Of a stretch of DNA of 64,000 nucleotides, positions 12,801 to 29,100 are shown one piece after another. The DNA comes from Eledone cirrhosa (Eukaryota). The notes beneath the pieces were generated by a model, which did no database searches, was not told the origin of the DNA, and saw only the letters and a program-made list of their open reading frames with translations. The DNA lies in NCBI GenBank assembly GCA_964016885.1, contig OZ024747.1:33294001-33358000 (forward strand), written 5' to 3'. The stretch's first letter is position 1. Every line of letters starts with the position of its first letter. The position numbers and the translations under genes are program-made.

Positions 12801-15499
12801 CAATACATGTAACAACAATAACAGAAATAACACTAGTAACGTTAACAACAATACGTGTAACAACCATAACAGAAATAACACTAACAACGTTAACAACAAT
12901 ACATGTAACAACCATAACAGAAATAACACTAACAACGTTAACAACAATACATGTAACAACCATAACAGAAATATCACTAACAACGTTAACAACAATACAT
13001 GTAACAAATATAACAGAAATAACACTAACAACGATAACAACAATACATGTAACAACCATAACTGAAATAACACTAACAACGTTAACAAAAATACATGCAA
13101 CAACCATAACAAAAATAACATTAACTACGTTAACAACAATACATGTAACAACCATAACAGAAATAGCACTAACAACGTTAACAACAATACATGTAACAGC
13201 CATAACAGAAATAACTCTAACAACGTTAACAACAATACATGTAACAACCATAACAGAAATAACACTAACAACGTTAACAACAACCATAACAGAAATAACA
13301 CTCACAACGGTAACAACAATACATGTAACAACCATAACAGAAATAACACTAGTAACGTTAACAACAATACATGTAACAACCATAACAAAAATAACACTAA
13401 CAACGTTAACAACAATACATGTAAAAACAATAACAGAAATAACTCTAGTAACGTTAACAACAATACATGTAACAACCAAAACAGAAATAACACTAACTAC
13501 GTTAACAACAATACATGTAACGACCATAACAGAAATAACACTAACAACGTTAACAACAATACATGTAACAACCATAACAGAAATAACACTAGTAACATTA
13601 GCAACAATACATGTAACGACCTTAATAGAAATAACACTAGCAACGTTAACAACAATACATGTAACAGCCATAACAGAAATAACATTAGCAACGTTAACAA
13701 CAATACATGTAACAACCATAATAACAGAAATAACATTAGCAACGTTAACAACAATACATGTAACAACCATAACAGAAATAACACTAGTAACGTTAACAAC
13801 AATACATGTAACAACGATAACAGAAATAACACTAGTAACGTTAGCAACAATACATGTCACAACCATAACAGCAATAACACTAACAACGTTAACAACAACT
13901 ATAACAGAAATAACACTCACAACGGTAACAACAATAAATGTAACAACCATAACAGAAATAACACTAACAACGTTAACAACAATACATGTAACAACCATAA
14001 CAGAAATAACACTAGCAACGTTAACAACAATACATGTAACAACCATAACAGAAATAACACTAGCAACGTTAACAACAATACATGTAACAACCATAACAGA
14101 AATAGCACTAGCAACGTTAACAACAATACATGTAACAACCATAACAGAAATAACACTAGTAACGTTAACAACAATACATGTAACAACGATAACAGAAATA
14201 ACACTAACAACGTTAACAACAATACATGTAACAACCATAACAGAAATAACACTAACAACGTTAACAATAATACATGTAACAGCCATAACAGAAATAACTC
14301 TAACAACGTTAACAACAATACATGTAACAACCATAACCGAAATAACACTAACAACGTTAACAACAACCATAACAGAAATAACACTCAGAACGGTAACAAC
14401 AATACATGTAACAACCATAACAGAAATAACACTAGTAACGTTAACAACTTTACATGTAACAACCATAACAGAAATAACACTAACAACGTTAACAACAATA
14501 CATGTAACAACAATAACAGAAATAACACTAGTAACGTTAACAACAATACATGTAACAACCATAACAGAAATAACACTAACTACGTTAACAACAATACATG
14601 CAACAACCATAACAAAAATAACATTAACTACGTTAACAACAATACATGTAACAACCATAACAGAAATAACACTAACAACGTTAACAACAATACATGTAAC
14701 AACCATAACAGAAATAACATTAGCAACATTAACAACAATACATGTAACAACCATAACAGAAATAACACTAACAACGTTAACAACAATACATGTAACAACC
14801 ATAACAGAAATAACACTAACAACGTTAACAACAATACATGTAACAGCCATAACAGAAATAACACTAACAACGTTAACAACAATACATGTAACAACCATAA
14901 CAGAAATAACACTAACAGCGTTAACAACAACCATAACAGAAATAACAATAACAACGTTAACAACAATACATGTAACAACCATAACAGAAATAACACTAAC
15001 AACGTTAACAACAACCATAACAGAAATAACACTAACAACGTTAACAACAATACATGTAACAACCATAACAGAAATAGCACTAACAACGTTAACAACAATA
15101 CATGTAACAACCATAACAGAAATAACACTAACAACGTTAACAACAATACATGTAACAGCCATAACAGAAATAACTCTAACAACGTTAACAACAATACATG
15201 TAACAACCATAACAGAATAACACTAGCAACGTTAACAACAATACAAGTAACAACCATAACAGAAATAACACTAGCAACGTTAACAACAATACATGTAACA
15301 GCCATAACAGAAATAACACTAGTAACATTAGCAACAATACATGTAACAACCTTAATAGAAATAACACTAGCAACGTTAACAACAATACATGTAACAACCA
15401 TAACAGAAATAACACTAGCAACGTTAACAACAATACATGTAACAACCATAACAGAAATAACATGGGCAACGTTAACAACAATACATGTAACAACCATAA

Positions 15500-18400
15500 C
15501 AGAAATAACACTAGTAACGTTAACAACAATACATGTAACAACGATAACAGAAATAACACTAGTAACGTTAGCAACAATACATGTCACAACCATAACAGAA
15601 ATACCACTAACAACGTTAACAACAATACATGTAACAACCATAACAGAAATAATACTAACACCGTTAACAACAACTATAAAAGAAATAACACTCACAACGG
15701 TAACAACAACACGTGTAACAACCATAACAGAAATAACACTAGTAACGTTAACAACAATACATGTAACAACCATAACAGAAATAACACTAACAACGTTAAC
15801 AACAATACATGTAACAACAATAACAGAAATAACACTAGTAACGTTAACAACAATACATGTAACAACCATAACAGAAATAACACTAACGACGTTAACAGCA
15901 ATACATATAACAACGATAACAGAAATAACACTAACAACGTTAACAACAACTATAACAGAAATAACACTCACAACGGTAACAACAATACATGTAACAACAA
16001 TAACAGAAATAACACTAGTAACGTTAACAACAATACGTGTAACAACCATAACAGAAATAACACTAACAACGTTAACAACAATACATGTAACAACCATAAC
16101 AGAAATAAGACTAACAACGTTAACAACAACCATAACAGAAATAACACTAACAACGTTAACAACAATACATGAAACAAACATAACAGAAATAACACTAGCA
16201 ACGTTAACAACAATACAAGTAACAACCATAACAGAAATAACTCTAGCAACGTTAACGACAATACATGTAACAACCATAACAGAAATTATACTAGTAACAT
16301 TAGCAACAATACATGTAACGATCTTAATAGAAATAACACTAGCAACGTTAACAACAATACATGTAACAACCATAACAGAAATAACACTAGCAACGTTAAC
16401 AACAATACATGTAACAACCATAACAGAAATAACACTAGCAACGTTAACAACAATACATGTAACAACCATAACAGAAATAACACTAGCAACGTTAACAACA
16501 ATACATGTAACAACGATAACAGAAATAACACTAGTAACGTTAGCAACAATACATGTCACAACCATAACAGAAATAACACGAGTAACGTTAACAACAATAC
16601 ATGTAACAACCATAACAGAAATATCACTAGCAACGTTACCAACAATACATGTAACAACAATAACAGAAATAACACTAACAGCGTTAACAACAATACATGT
16701 AACAACCATAACAGAAATATCACTAACAACGTTAACAACAATACATGCAACAACCATAACAAAAATAACATTAACTACGTTAACAACAATACATGTAACA
16801 ACCATAACAGAAATAACACTAACATCGTTAACATCAATACATGTAACAACCATAACAGAAATAACATTAACAACATTAACAACAATACATGTAACAACCA
16901 TAACAGAAATAACACTAACAACGTTAACAACAATACATGTAACAACCATAACAGAAATAACACTAACAACGTTAACAACAACCATAACAGAAATAACACA
17001 CACAACGGTAACAACAATACATGTAACAACCATAACAGAAATAACACTAGTAACGTTAACAACAATACATGTAACAACCATAACAATAATAACACTAACA
17101 ACGTTAACAACAATACATGTAAAAACAATAACATAAATAACACTAGTAACGTTAACAACAATACATGTAACAACCATAACAGAAATAACACTAACTACGT
17201 TAACAACAATACATGTAACGACCATAACAGAAATAACACTAACAACGTTAACAACAATACATGTAACAACCATAACAGAAATAACCCGAGCAACGTTAAC
17301 AACAATACATGTAACAACCATAACAGAAATAACACTAGTAACATTAGCAACAATACATGTAACAACCTTAATAGAAATAACACTAGCAACGTTAACAACA
17401 ATACATGTAACAGCCATAACAGAAATAACACTAGCAGCGTTAACAACAATACATGTAACAACCATAACAGAAATAACACTAGCAGCGTTAACAACAATAC
17501 ATGTAACAACCATAACAGAAATAACACTAGTAACGTTAACAACAATACATGTAACAACGATAACAGAAATAACACTCGTAACGTTAGCAACAATACATGT
17601 CACAACCATAACAGCAATAACACTAACAACGTTAACAACAACTATAACAGAAATAACACTCACAACGGTAACAACAATCAATGTAACAACCATAACAGAA
17701 ATAACACTAGCAACGTTAACAACAATACATGTAACAACCATAACAGAAATAACACTAGCAACGTTAACAACAATTCATGTAACAACCATAACAGAAATAA
17801 CACTAGCAACGTTAACAACAATACATGTAACAACCATAACAGAAATAACACTAGTAACGTTAACAACAATACATGTAACAACGATAACAGAAATAACACT
17901 AGTAACGTTAGCAACAATACATGTCACAACCATAACAGAAATACCACTAACAACGTTAACAACAATACATGTAACAACCATAACAGAAATAATACTAACA
18001 CCGTTAACAACAACTATAAAAGAAATAACACTCACAACGGTAACAACAACACGTGTAACAACCATAACAGAAATAACACTAGTAACGTTAACAACAATAC
18101 ATGTAACAACCATAACAGAAATAACACTAACAACGTTAACAACAATACATGTAACAACAATAACAGAAATAACACTAGTAACGTTAACAACAATACATGT
18201 AACAACCATAACAGAAATAACACTAACGACGTTAACAGCAATACATATAACAACGATAACAGAAATAACACTAACAACGTTAACAACAACTATAACAGAA
18301 ATAACACTCACAACGGTAACAACAATACATGTAACAACAATAACAGAAATAACACTAGTAACGTTAACAACAATACGTGTAACAACCATAACAGAAATAA

Positions 18401-20180
18401 CACTAACAACGTTAACAACAATACATGTAACAACCATAACAGAAATAAGACTAACAACGTTAACAACAACCATAACAGAAATAACACTAACAACGTTAAC
18501 AACAATACATGAAACAAACATAACAGAAATAACACTAGCAACGTTAACAACAATACAAGTAACAACCATAACAGAAATAACTCTAGCAACGTTAACGACA
18601 ATACATGTAACAACCATAACAGAAATTATACTAGTAACATTAGCAACAATACATGTAACGATCTTAATAGAAATAACACTAGCAACGTTAACAACAATAC
18701 ATGTAACAACCATAACAGAAATAACACTAGCAACGTTAACAACAATACATGTAACAACCATAACAGAAATAACACTAGCAACGTTAACAACAATACATGT
18801 AACAACCATAACAGAAATAACACTAGCAACGTTAACAACAATACATGTAACAACGATAACAGAAATAACACTAGTAACGTTAGCAACAATACATGTCACA
18901 ACCATAACAGAAATAACACGAGTAACGTTAACAACAATACATGTAACAACCATAACAGAAATATCACTAGCAACGTTACCAACAATACATGTAACAACAA
19001 TAACAGAAATAACACTAACAGCGTTAACAACAATACATGTAACAACCATAACAGAAATATCACTAACAACGTTAACAACAATACATGCAACAACCATAAC
19101 AAAAATAACATTAACTACGTTAACAACAATACATGTAACAACCATAACAGAAATAACACTAACATCGTTAACATCAATACATGTAACAACCATAACAGAA
19201 ATAACATTAACAACATTAACAACAATACATGTAACAACCATAACAGAAATAACACTAACAACGTTAACAACAATACATGTAACAACCATAACAGAAATAA
19301 CACTAACAACGTTAACAACAACCATAACAGAAATAACACACACAACGGTAACAACAATACATGTAACAACCATAACAGAAATAACACTAGTAACGTTAAC
19401 AACAATACATGTAACAACCATAACAATAATAACACTAACAACGTTAACAACAATACATGTAAAAACAATAACATAAATAACACTAATAACGTTAACAACA
19501 ATACATGTAACAACCATAACAGAAATAACACTAACTACGTTAACAACAATACATGTAACGACCATAACAGAAATAACACTAACAACGTTAACAACAATAC
19601 ATGTAACAACCATAACAGAAATAACCCGAGCAACGTTAACAACAATACATGTAACAACCATAACAGAAATAACACTAGTAACATTAGCAACAATACATGT
19701 AACAACCTTAATAGAAATAACACTAGCAACGTTAACAACAATACATGTAACAGCCATAACAGAAATAACACTAGCAGCGTTAACAACAATACATGTAACA
19801 ACCATAACAGAAATAACACTAGCAGCGTTAACAACAATACATGTAACAACCATAACAGAAATAACACTAGTAACGTTAACAACAATACATGTAACAACGA
19901 TAACAGAAATAACACTCGTAACGTTAGCAACAATACATGTCACAACCATAACAGCAATAACACTAACAACGTTAACAACAACTATAACAGAAATAACACT
20001 CACAACGGTAACAACAATCAATGTAACAACCATAACAGAAATAACACTAGCAACGTTAACAACAATACATGTAACAACCATAACAGAAATAACACTAGCA
20101 ACGTTAACAACAATTCATGTAACAACCATAACAGAAATAACACTAGCAACGTTAACAACAATACATGTAACAACCATAAC
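15500..20180 (+). repeat. Higher-order tandem duplication, period 2340 bp (2 copies)
   Basis: ORF pairs 15692/18032, 15968/18308, 16286/18626, 16775/19115 and 17195/19535 differ by 2340. Sequence lines 15601 and 17941 onward match, with one substitution seen near 19486. Confidence 0.92.
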
Positions 20181-23100
20181 AGAAATAACACTAGTAACGT
20201 TAACAACAATACATGTAACAACGATAACAGAAATAAGACTAACAACGTTAACAACAATACATGTAACAACCATAACAGAAATAACACTAACAACGGTAAC
20301 AATAATACATGTAACAGCCATAACAGAAATAACTCTAACCACGTTAACAACAATACATGTAACAACCATAACCGAAATAACACTAACAACGTTAACAACA
20401 ACCATAACAGAAATAACACACACAACAGTAACAACAATACATGTAACAACCATAACAGAAATAACACTAGTAACGTTAACAACAATACATGTAACAACCA
20501 TAACATAAATAACACTAACTACGTTAACAACAATACATGCAACAACCATAACAAAAATAACATTAACTACGTTAACAACAATACATGTAACAACCATAAC
20601 AGAAATAACACTAACAACGTTAACAACAATACATGTAACAACCATAACAGAAATAACATTAACAACATTAACAACAACACATGTAACAACCATAACAGAA
20701 ATAACACTAACAACGTTAACAACAATACATGTAACAACCATAACAGAAATAGTACTAACAACGTTAACAACAATACATGTAACAACCATAACAGAAATAA
20801 CACTCACAACGGTAACAACAATACATGTAACAACCATAACAGAAATAACACTAGTAACGTTAACAACAATACATGTATCAACCATAACAAAAATAACACT
20901 AACAACGTTAACAGCAATACATGTAAAAACAATAACAGAATTAACACTAGTGACGTTAACAACAATACATGTAACAACCATAACAGAAATAACACTAACT
21001 ACGTTAACAACAATACATGTAACGACCATAACAGAAATAACACTAACAACGTTAACAACAATACATGTAACAACCATAACAGAAATAACACTAGCAACGT
21101 TAGCAACAATACATGTAGCAACCATAACAGAAATAACACTAGTAACATTAGCAACAATACATGTAACAACCTTAATAGAAATAACACTAGCAACGTTAAC
21201 AACAATACATGTAATAGCCATAACAGAAATAACACTAGCAACGTTAACAACAATGCATGTAACAACCATAACAGAAATAACACTAGCAACGTTAACAACA
21301 ATACATGTAACAACCATAACAGAAATAACACTAGTAACGTCAACAACAATACATGTAACAACCATAACAGAAATAACACTAGTAACGTTAGCAACAATAC
21401 ATGTCACAACCATAACAGCAATAACACTAACAACGTTAACAACAACTATAACAGAAATAACACTCACAACGGTAACAACAATACATGTAACAACCATAAA
21501 AGAAATAACACTAGCAACGTTAACAACAATACATGTAACAGCCATAACAGAAATAACACTAGCAACGTTAACAACAATACATGTAACAACAATAACAGAA
21601 ATAACACTAGTAACGTTAACAACAATACATGTAACAACCATAACAGAAATAACACTAACTACGTTAACAAAAATACATGTAACGACCATAACAGAAATAA
21701 CACTAACAACATTAACAACAATACATGTAACAACCATAACAGAAATAACACTAACAACGTTAACAACAATACATGTAACAACCATAACAGAAATAACATT
21801 AACATCATTAACAACAATACATGTAACAACCATAACAGAAATAACACTAACAACGTTAACAACAATACATGTAACAACCATAACAGAAATAACACTAACA
21901 ACGTTAACAACAATACATGTAACAGCCATAACAGAAATAACACTAACAACGTTAACAACAATACATGTAACAACCATAACAGAAATAACACTAACAACGT
22001 TAACAACAACCATAACAGAAATAACACTAACAACGTTAACAACAATACATGTAACAACCATAACAGAAATAACACTAACAACGTTAACAACAACCATAAC
22101 AGAAATAACACTAACAACGTTAACAACAATACATGTAACAACCATAACAGAAGTAGCACTAACAACGTTAACAACAATACATGTAACAACCATAACAGAA
22201 ATAACACTAACAACGTTAACAACAATACATGTAACAGCCATAACAGAAATAACTCTAACAACGTTAACAACAATACATGTAACAACCTTAATAGAAATAA
22301 CACTAGCAACGTTAACAACAATACATGTAACAACCATAACAGAAATAACACTAGCAACGTTAACAACAATACATGTAACAACCATAACAGAAATAACATG
22401 TGCAACGTTAACAACAATACATGTAACAACCATAACAGAAATAACACTAGTAACGTTAACAACAATACATGTAACAACGATAACAGAAATAACACTAGTA
22501 ACGTTAGCAACAATACATGTCACAACCATAACAGAAATAACACTAACAACGTTAACAACAATACATGTAACAACCATAACAGAAATAGCACTAACAACGT
22601 TAACAACAATACATGTAACAACCATAACAGAAATAACACTAACAACGTTAACAACAACCATAACAGAAATAACACACACAACGGTAACAACAATACATGT
22701 AACAACCATAACAGAAATAACACTAGTAACGTTAACAACAATACATGTAACAACCATAACAATAATAACACTAACAACGTTAACAACAATACATGTAAAA
22801 ACAATAACATAAATAACACTAGTAACGTTAACAACAATACATGTAACAACCATAACAGAAATAACACTAACTACGTTAACAACAATACATGTAACGACCA
22901 TAACAGAAATAACACTAACAACGTTAACGACAATACATGTAACAACCATAACAGAAATAACCCGAGCAACGTTAACAACAATACATGTAACAACCATAAC
23001 AGAAATAACACTAGCAACGTTAACAACAATACATGTAACAGCCATAACAGAAATAACACTAGCAGCGTTAACAACAATACATGTAACAGCCATAACAGAA

Positions 23101-26100
23101 ATAACACTAGCAGCGTTAACAACAATACATGTAACAACCAAAACAGAAATAACACTAGTAACGTTAACAACAATACATGTAACAACGATAACAGAAATAA
23201 CACTCGTAACGTTAGCAACAATACATGTCACAACCATAACAGCAATAACACTAACAACGTTAACAACAACTATAACAGAAATAACACTCACAACGGTAAC
23301 AACAATCAATGTAACAACCATAACAGAAATAACACTAGCAACGTTAACAACAATACATGTAACAACCATAACAGAAATAACACTAGCAACGTTAACAACA
23401 ATTCATGTAACAACCATAACAGAAATAACACTAGCAACGTTAACAACAATACATGTAACAACCATAACAGAAATAACACTAGTAACGTTAACAACAATAC
23501 ATGTAACAACGATAACAGAAATAAGACTAACAACGTTAACAACAATACATGTAACAACCATAACAGAAATAACGCTAACAACGCTAACAATAATACATGT
23601 AACAGCCATAACAGAAATAACTCTAACCACGTTAACAACAATACATGTAACAACCATAACAGAAATAACACTAACAACGTTAACAACAATACATGTAACA
23701 ACCATAACAGAAATAACACTAACAACATTAACAACAATACATGTAACAACCATAACAGAAATAACACTAACAACGTTAACAACAATACATGTAACAACCA
23801 TAACAGAAATAACATTAACAACATTAACAACAATACATGTAACAACCATAACAGAAATAACACTAACAACGTTAACAACAATACATGTAACAACCATAAC
23901 AGAAATAACACTAACAACGTTAACAACAATACATGTAACAGCCATAACAGAAATAACACTAACAACGTTAACAACAATACATGTAACAACCATAACAGAA
24001 ATAACACTAACAACGTTAACAACAACCATAACAGAAATAACACTAACAACGTTAACAACAATACATGTAACAACCATAACAGAAATAACACTAACAACGT
24101 TAACAACAACCATAACAGAAATAACACTAACAACGTTAACAACAATACATGTAACAACCATAACAGAAGTAGCACTAACAACGTTAACAACAATACATGT
24201 AACAACCATAACAGAAATAACACTAACAACGTTAACAACAATACATGTAACAGCCATAACAGAAATAACTCTAACAACGTTAACAACAATACATGTAACA
24301 ACCATAACAGAATAACACTAGCAACGTTAACAACAATACAAGTAACAACCATAACAGAAATAACACTAGCAACGTTAACAACAATACATGTAACAACCAT
24401 AACAGAAATAACACTAGTAACATTAGCAACAATACATGTAACAACCTTAATAGAAATAACACTAGCAACGTTAACAACAATACATGTAACAACCATAACA
24501 GAAATAACACTAGCAACGTTAACAACAATACATGTAACAACCATAACAGAAATAACATGTGCAACGTTAACAACAATACATGTAACAACCATAACAGAAA
24601 TAACACTAGTAACGTTAACAACAATACATGTAACAACGATAACAGAAATAACACTAGTAACGTTAGCAACAATACATGTCACAACCATAACAGAAATAAC
24701 ACTAACAACGTTAACAACAATACATGTAACAACCATAACAGAAATAGCACTAACAAAGTTAACAACAATACATGTAACAACCATAACAGAAATAACACTA
24801 ACAACGTTAACAACAATACATGTAACAACCATAACAGAAATAACACTAACAACGTTAACAACAACCATAACAGAAATAACACACACAACGGTAACAACAA
24901 TACATGTAACAACCATAACAGAAATAACACTAGTAACGTTAACAACAATACATGTAACAACCATAACAATAATAACACTAACAACGTTAACAACAATACA
25001 TGTAAAAACAATAACATAAATAACACTAGTAACGTTAACAACAATACATGTAACAACCATAACAGAAATAACACTAACTACGTTAACAACAATACATGTA
25101 ACGACCATAACAGAAATAACACTAACAACGTTAACGACAATACATGTAACAACCATAACAGAAATAACCCGAGCAACGTTAACAACAATACATGTAACAA
25201 CCATAACAGAAATAACACTAGTAACATTAGCAACAATACATGTAACAACCTTAATAGAAATAACACTAGCAACGTTAACAACAATACATGTAACAGCCAT
25301 AACAGAAATAACACTAGCAGCGTTAACAACAATACATGTAACAGCCATAACAGAAATAACACTAGCAGCGTTAACAACAATACATGTAACAACCAAAACA
25401 GAAATAACACTAGTAACGTTAACAACAATACATGTAACAACGATAACAGAAATAACACTCGTAACGTTAGCAACAATACATGTCACAACCATAACAGCAA
25501 TAACACTAACAACGTTAACAACAACTATAACAGAAATAACACTCACAACGGTAACAACAATCAATGTAACAACCATAACAGAAATAACACTAGCAACGTT
25601 AACAACAATACATGTAACAACCATAACAGAAATAACACTAGCAACGTTAACAACAATTCATGTAACAACCATAACATAAATAACACTAGCAACGTTAACA
25701 ACAATACATGTAACAACCATAACAGAAATAACACTAGTAACGTTAACAACAATACATGTAACAACGATAACAGAAATAAGACTAACAACGTTAACAACAA
25801 TACATGTAACAACCATAACAGAAATAACGCTAACAACGCTAACAATAATACATGTAACAGCCATAACAGAAATAACTCTAACCACGTTAACAACAATACA
25901 TGTAACAACCATAACCGAAATAACACTAACAACGTTAACAACAACCATAACAGAAATAACACACACAACGGTAACAACAATACATGTAACAACCATAACA
26001 GAAATAACACTAGTAACGTTAACAACAATACATGTAACAACCATAACAGAAATAACACTAACTACGTTAACAACAATACATGCAACAACCATAACAAAAA

Positions 26101-29100
26101 TAACATTAACTACGTTAACAACAATACATGTAACAACCATAACAGAAATAACACTAACAACGTTAACAACAATACATGTAACAACCATAACAGAAATAAC
26201 ATTAACAACATTAACAACAACACATGTAACAACCATAACAGAAATAACACTAACAACGTTAACAACAATACATGTAACAACCATAACAGAAATAGTACTA
26301 ACAACGTTAACAACAATACATGTAACAACCATAACAGAAATAACACTCACAACGGTAACAACAATACATGTAACAACCATAACAGAAATAACACTAGTAA
26401 CGTTAACAACAATACATGTATCAACCATAACAAAAATAACACTAACAACGTTAACAACAATACATGTAAAAACAATAACAGAAATAACACTAGTGACGTT
26501 AACAACAATACATGTAATAACCATAACAGAAATAACACTAACTACGTTAACAACAATACATGTAACGACCATAACAGAAATAACACTAACAACGTTAACA
26601 ACAATACACGTAACAACCATAACAGAAATAACACTAGCAACGTTAGCAACAATACATGTAACAACCATAACAGAAATAACACTAGTAACATTAGCAACAA
26701 TACATGTAACAACCTTAATAGAAATAACACTAGCAACGTTAACAACAATACATGTAACAGCAATAACAGAAATAACACTAGCAACGTTAACAACAATGCA
26801 TGTAACAACCATAACAGAAATAACACTAGCAACGTTAACAACAATACATGTAACAACCATAACAGAAATAACACTAGTAACGTCAACAACAATACATGTA
26901 ACAACCATAACAGAAATAACACTAGTAACGTTAGCAACAATACATGTCACAACCATAACAGCAATAACACTAACAACGTTAACAACAACTATAACAGAAA
27001 TAACACTCACAACGGTAACAACAATACATGTAACAACCATAAAAGAAATAACACTAGCAACGTTAACAACAATACATGTAACAGCCATAACAGAAATAAC
27101 ACTAGCAACGTTAACAACAATACATGTAACAACCATAACAGAAATAACACTAGTAACGTTAACAACAATACATGTAACAACGATAACAGAAATAACACTC
27201 GTAACGTTAGCAACAATACATGTCACAACCATAACAGCAATAACACTAACAACGTTAACAACAACTATAACAGAAATAACACTCACAACGGTAACAACAA
27301 TCAATGTAACAACCATAACAGAAATAACACTAGCAACGTTAACAACAATACATGTAACAACCATAACAGAAATAACACTAGCAACGTTAACAACAATTCA
27401 TGTAACAACCATAACAGAAATAACACTAGCAACGTTAACAACAATACATGTAACAACCATAACAGAAATAACACTAGTAACGTTAACAACAATACATGTA
27501 ACAACGATAACAGAAATAAGACTAACAACGTTAACAACAATACATGTAACAACCATAACAGAAATAACACTAACAACGGTAACAATAATACATGTAACAG
27601 CCATAACAGAAATAACTCTAACCACGTTAACAACAATACATGTAACAACCATAACCGAAATAACACTAACAACGTTAACAACAACCATAACAGAAATAAC
27701 ACACACAACAGTAACAACAATACATGTAACAACCATAACAGAAATAACACTAGTAACGTTAACAACAATACATGTAACAACCATAACATAAATAACACTA
27801 ACTACGTTAACAACAATACATGCAACAACCATAACAAAAATAACATTAACTACGTTAACAACAATACATGTAACAACCATAACAGAAATAACACTAACAA
27901 CGTTAACAACAATACATGTAACAACCATAACAGAAATAACATTAACAACATTAACAACAACACATGTAACAACCATAACAGAAATAACACTAACAACGTT
28001 AACAACAATACATGTAACAACCATAACAGAAATAGTACTAACAACGTTAACAACAATACATGTAACAACCATAACAGAAATAACACTCACAACGGTAACA
28101 ACAATACATGTAACAACCATAACAGAAATAACACTAGTAACGTTAACAACAATACATGTATCAACCATAACAAAAATAACACTAACAACGTTAACAGCAA
28201 TACATGTAAAAACAATAACAGAATTAACACTAGTGACGTTAACAACAATACATGTAACAACCATAACAGAAATAACACTAACTACGTTAACAACAATACA
28301 TGTAACGACCATAACAGAAATAACACTAACAACGTTAACAACAATACATGTAACAACCATAACAGAAATAACACTAGCAACGTTAGCAACAATACATGTA
28401 GCAACCATAACAGAAATAACACTAGTAACATTAGCAACAATACATGTAACAACCTTAATAGAAATAACACTAGCAACGTTAACAACAATACATGTAATAG
28501 CCATAACAGAAATAACACTAGCAACGTTAACAACAATGCATGTAACAACCATAACAGAAATAACACTAGCAACGTTAACAACAATACATGTAACAACCAT
28601 AACAGAAATAACACTAGTAACGTCAACAACAATACATGTAACAACCATAACAGAAATAACACTAGTAACGTTAGCAACAATACATGTCACAACCATAACA
28701 GCAATAACACTAACAACGTTAACAACAACTATAACAGAAATAACACTCACAACGGTAACAACAATACATGTAACAACCATAAAAGAAATAACACTAGCAA
28801 CGTTAACAACAATACATGTAACAGCCATAACAGAAATAACACTAGCAACGTTAACAACAATACATGTAACAACAATAACAGAAATAACACTAGTAACGTT
28901 AACAACAATACATGTAACAACCATAACAGAAATAACACTAACTACGTTAACAAAAATACATGTAACGACCATAACAGAAATAACACTAACAACATTAACA
29001 ACAATACATGTAACAACCATAACAGAAATAACACTAACAACGTTAACAACAATACATGTAACAACCATAACAGAAATAACATTAACATCATTAACAACAA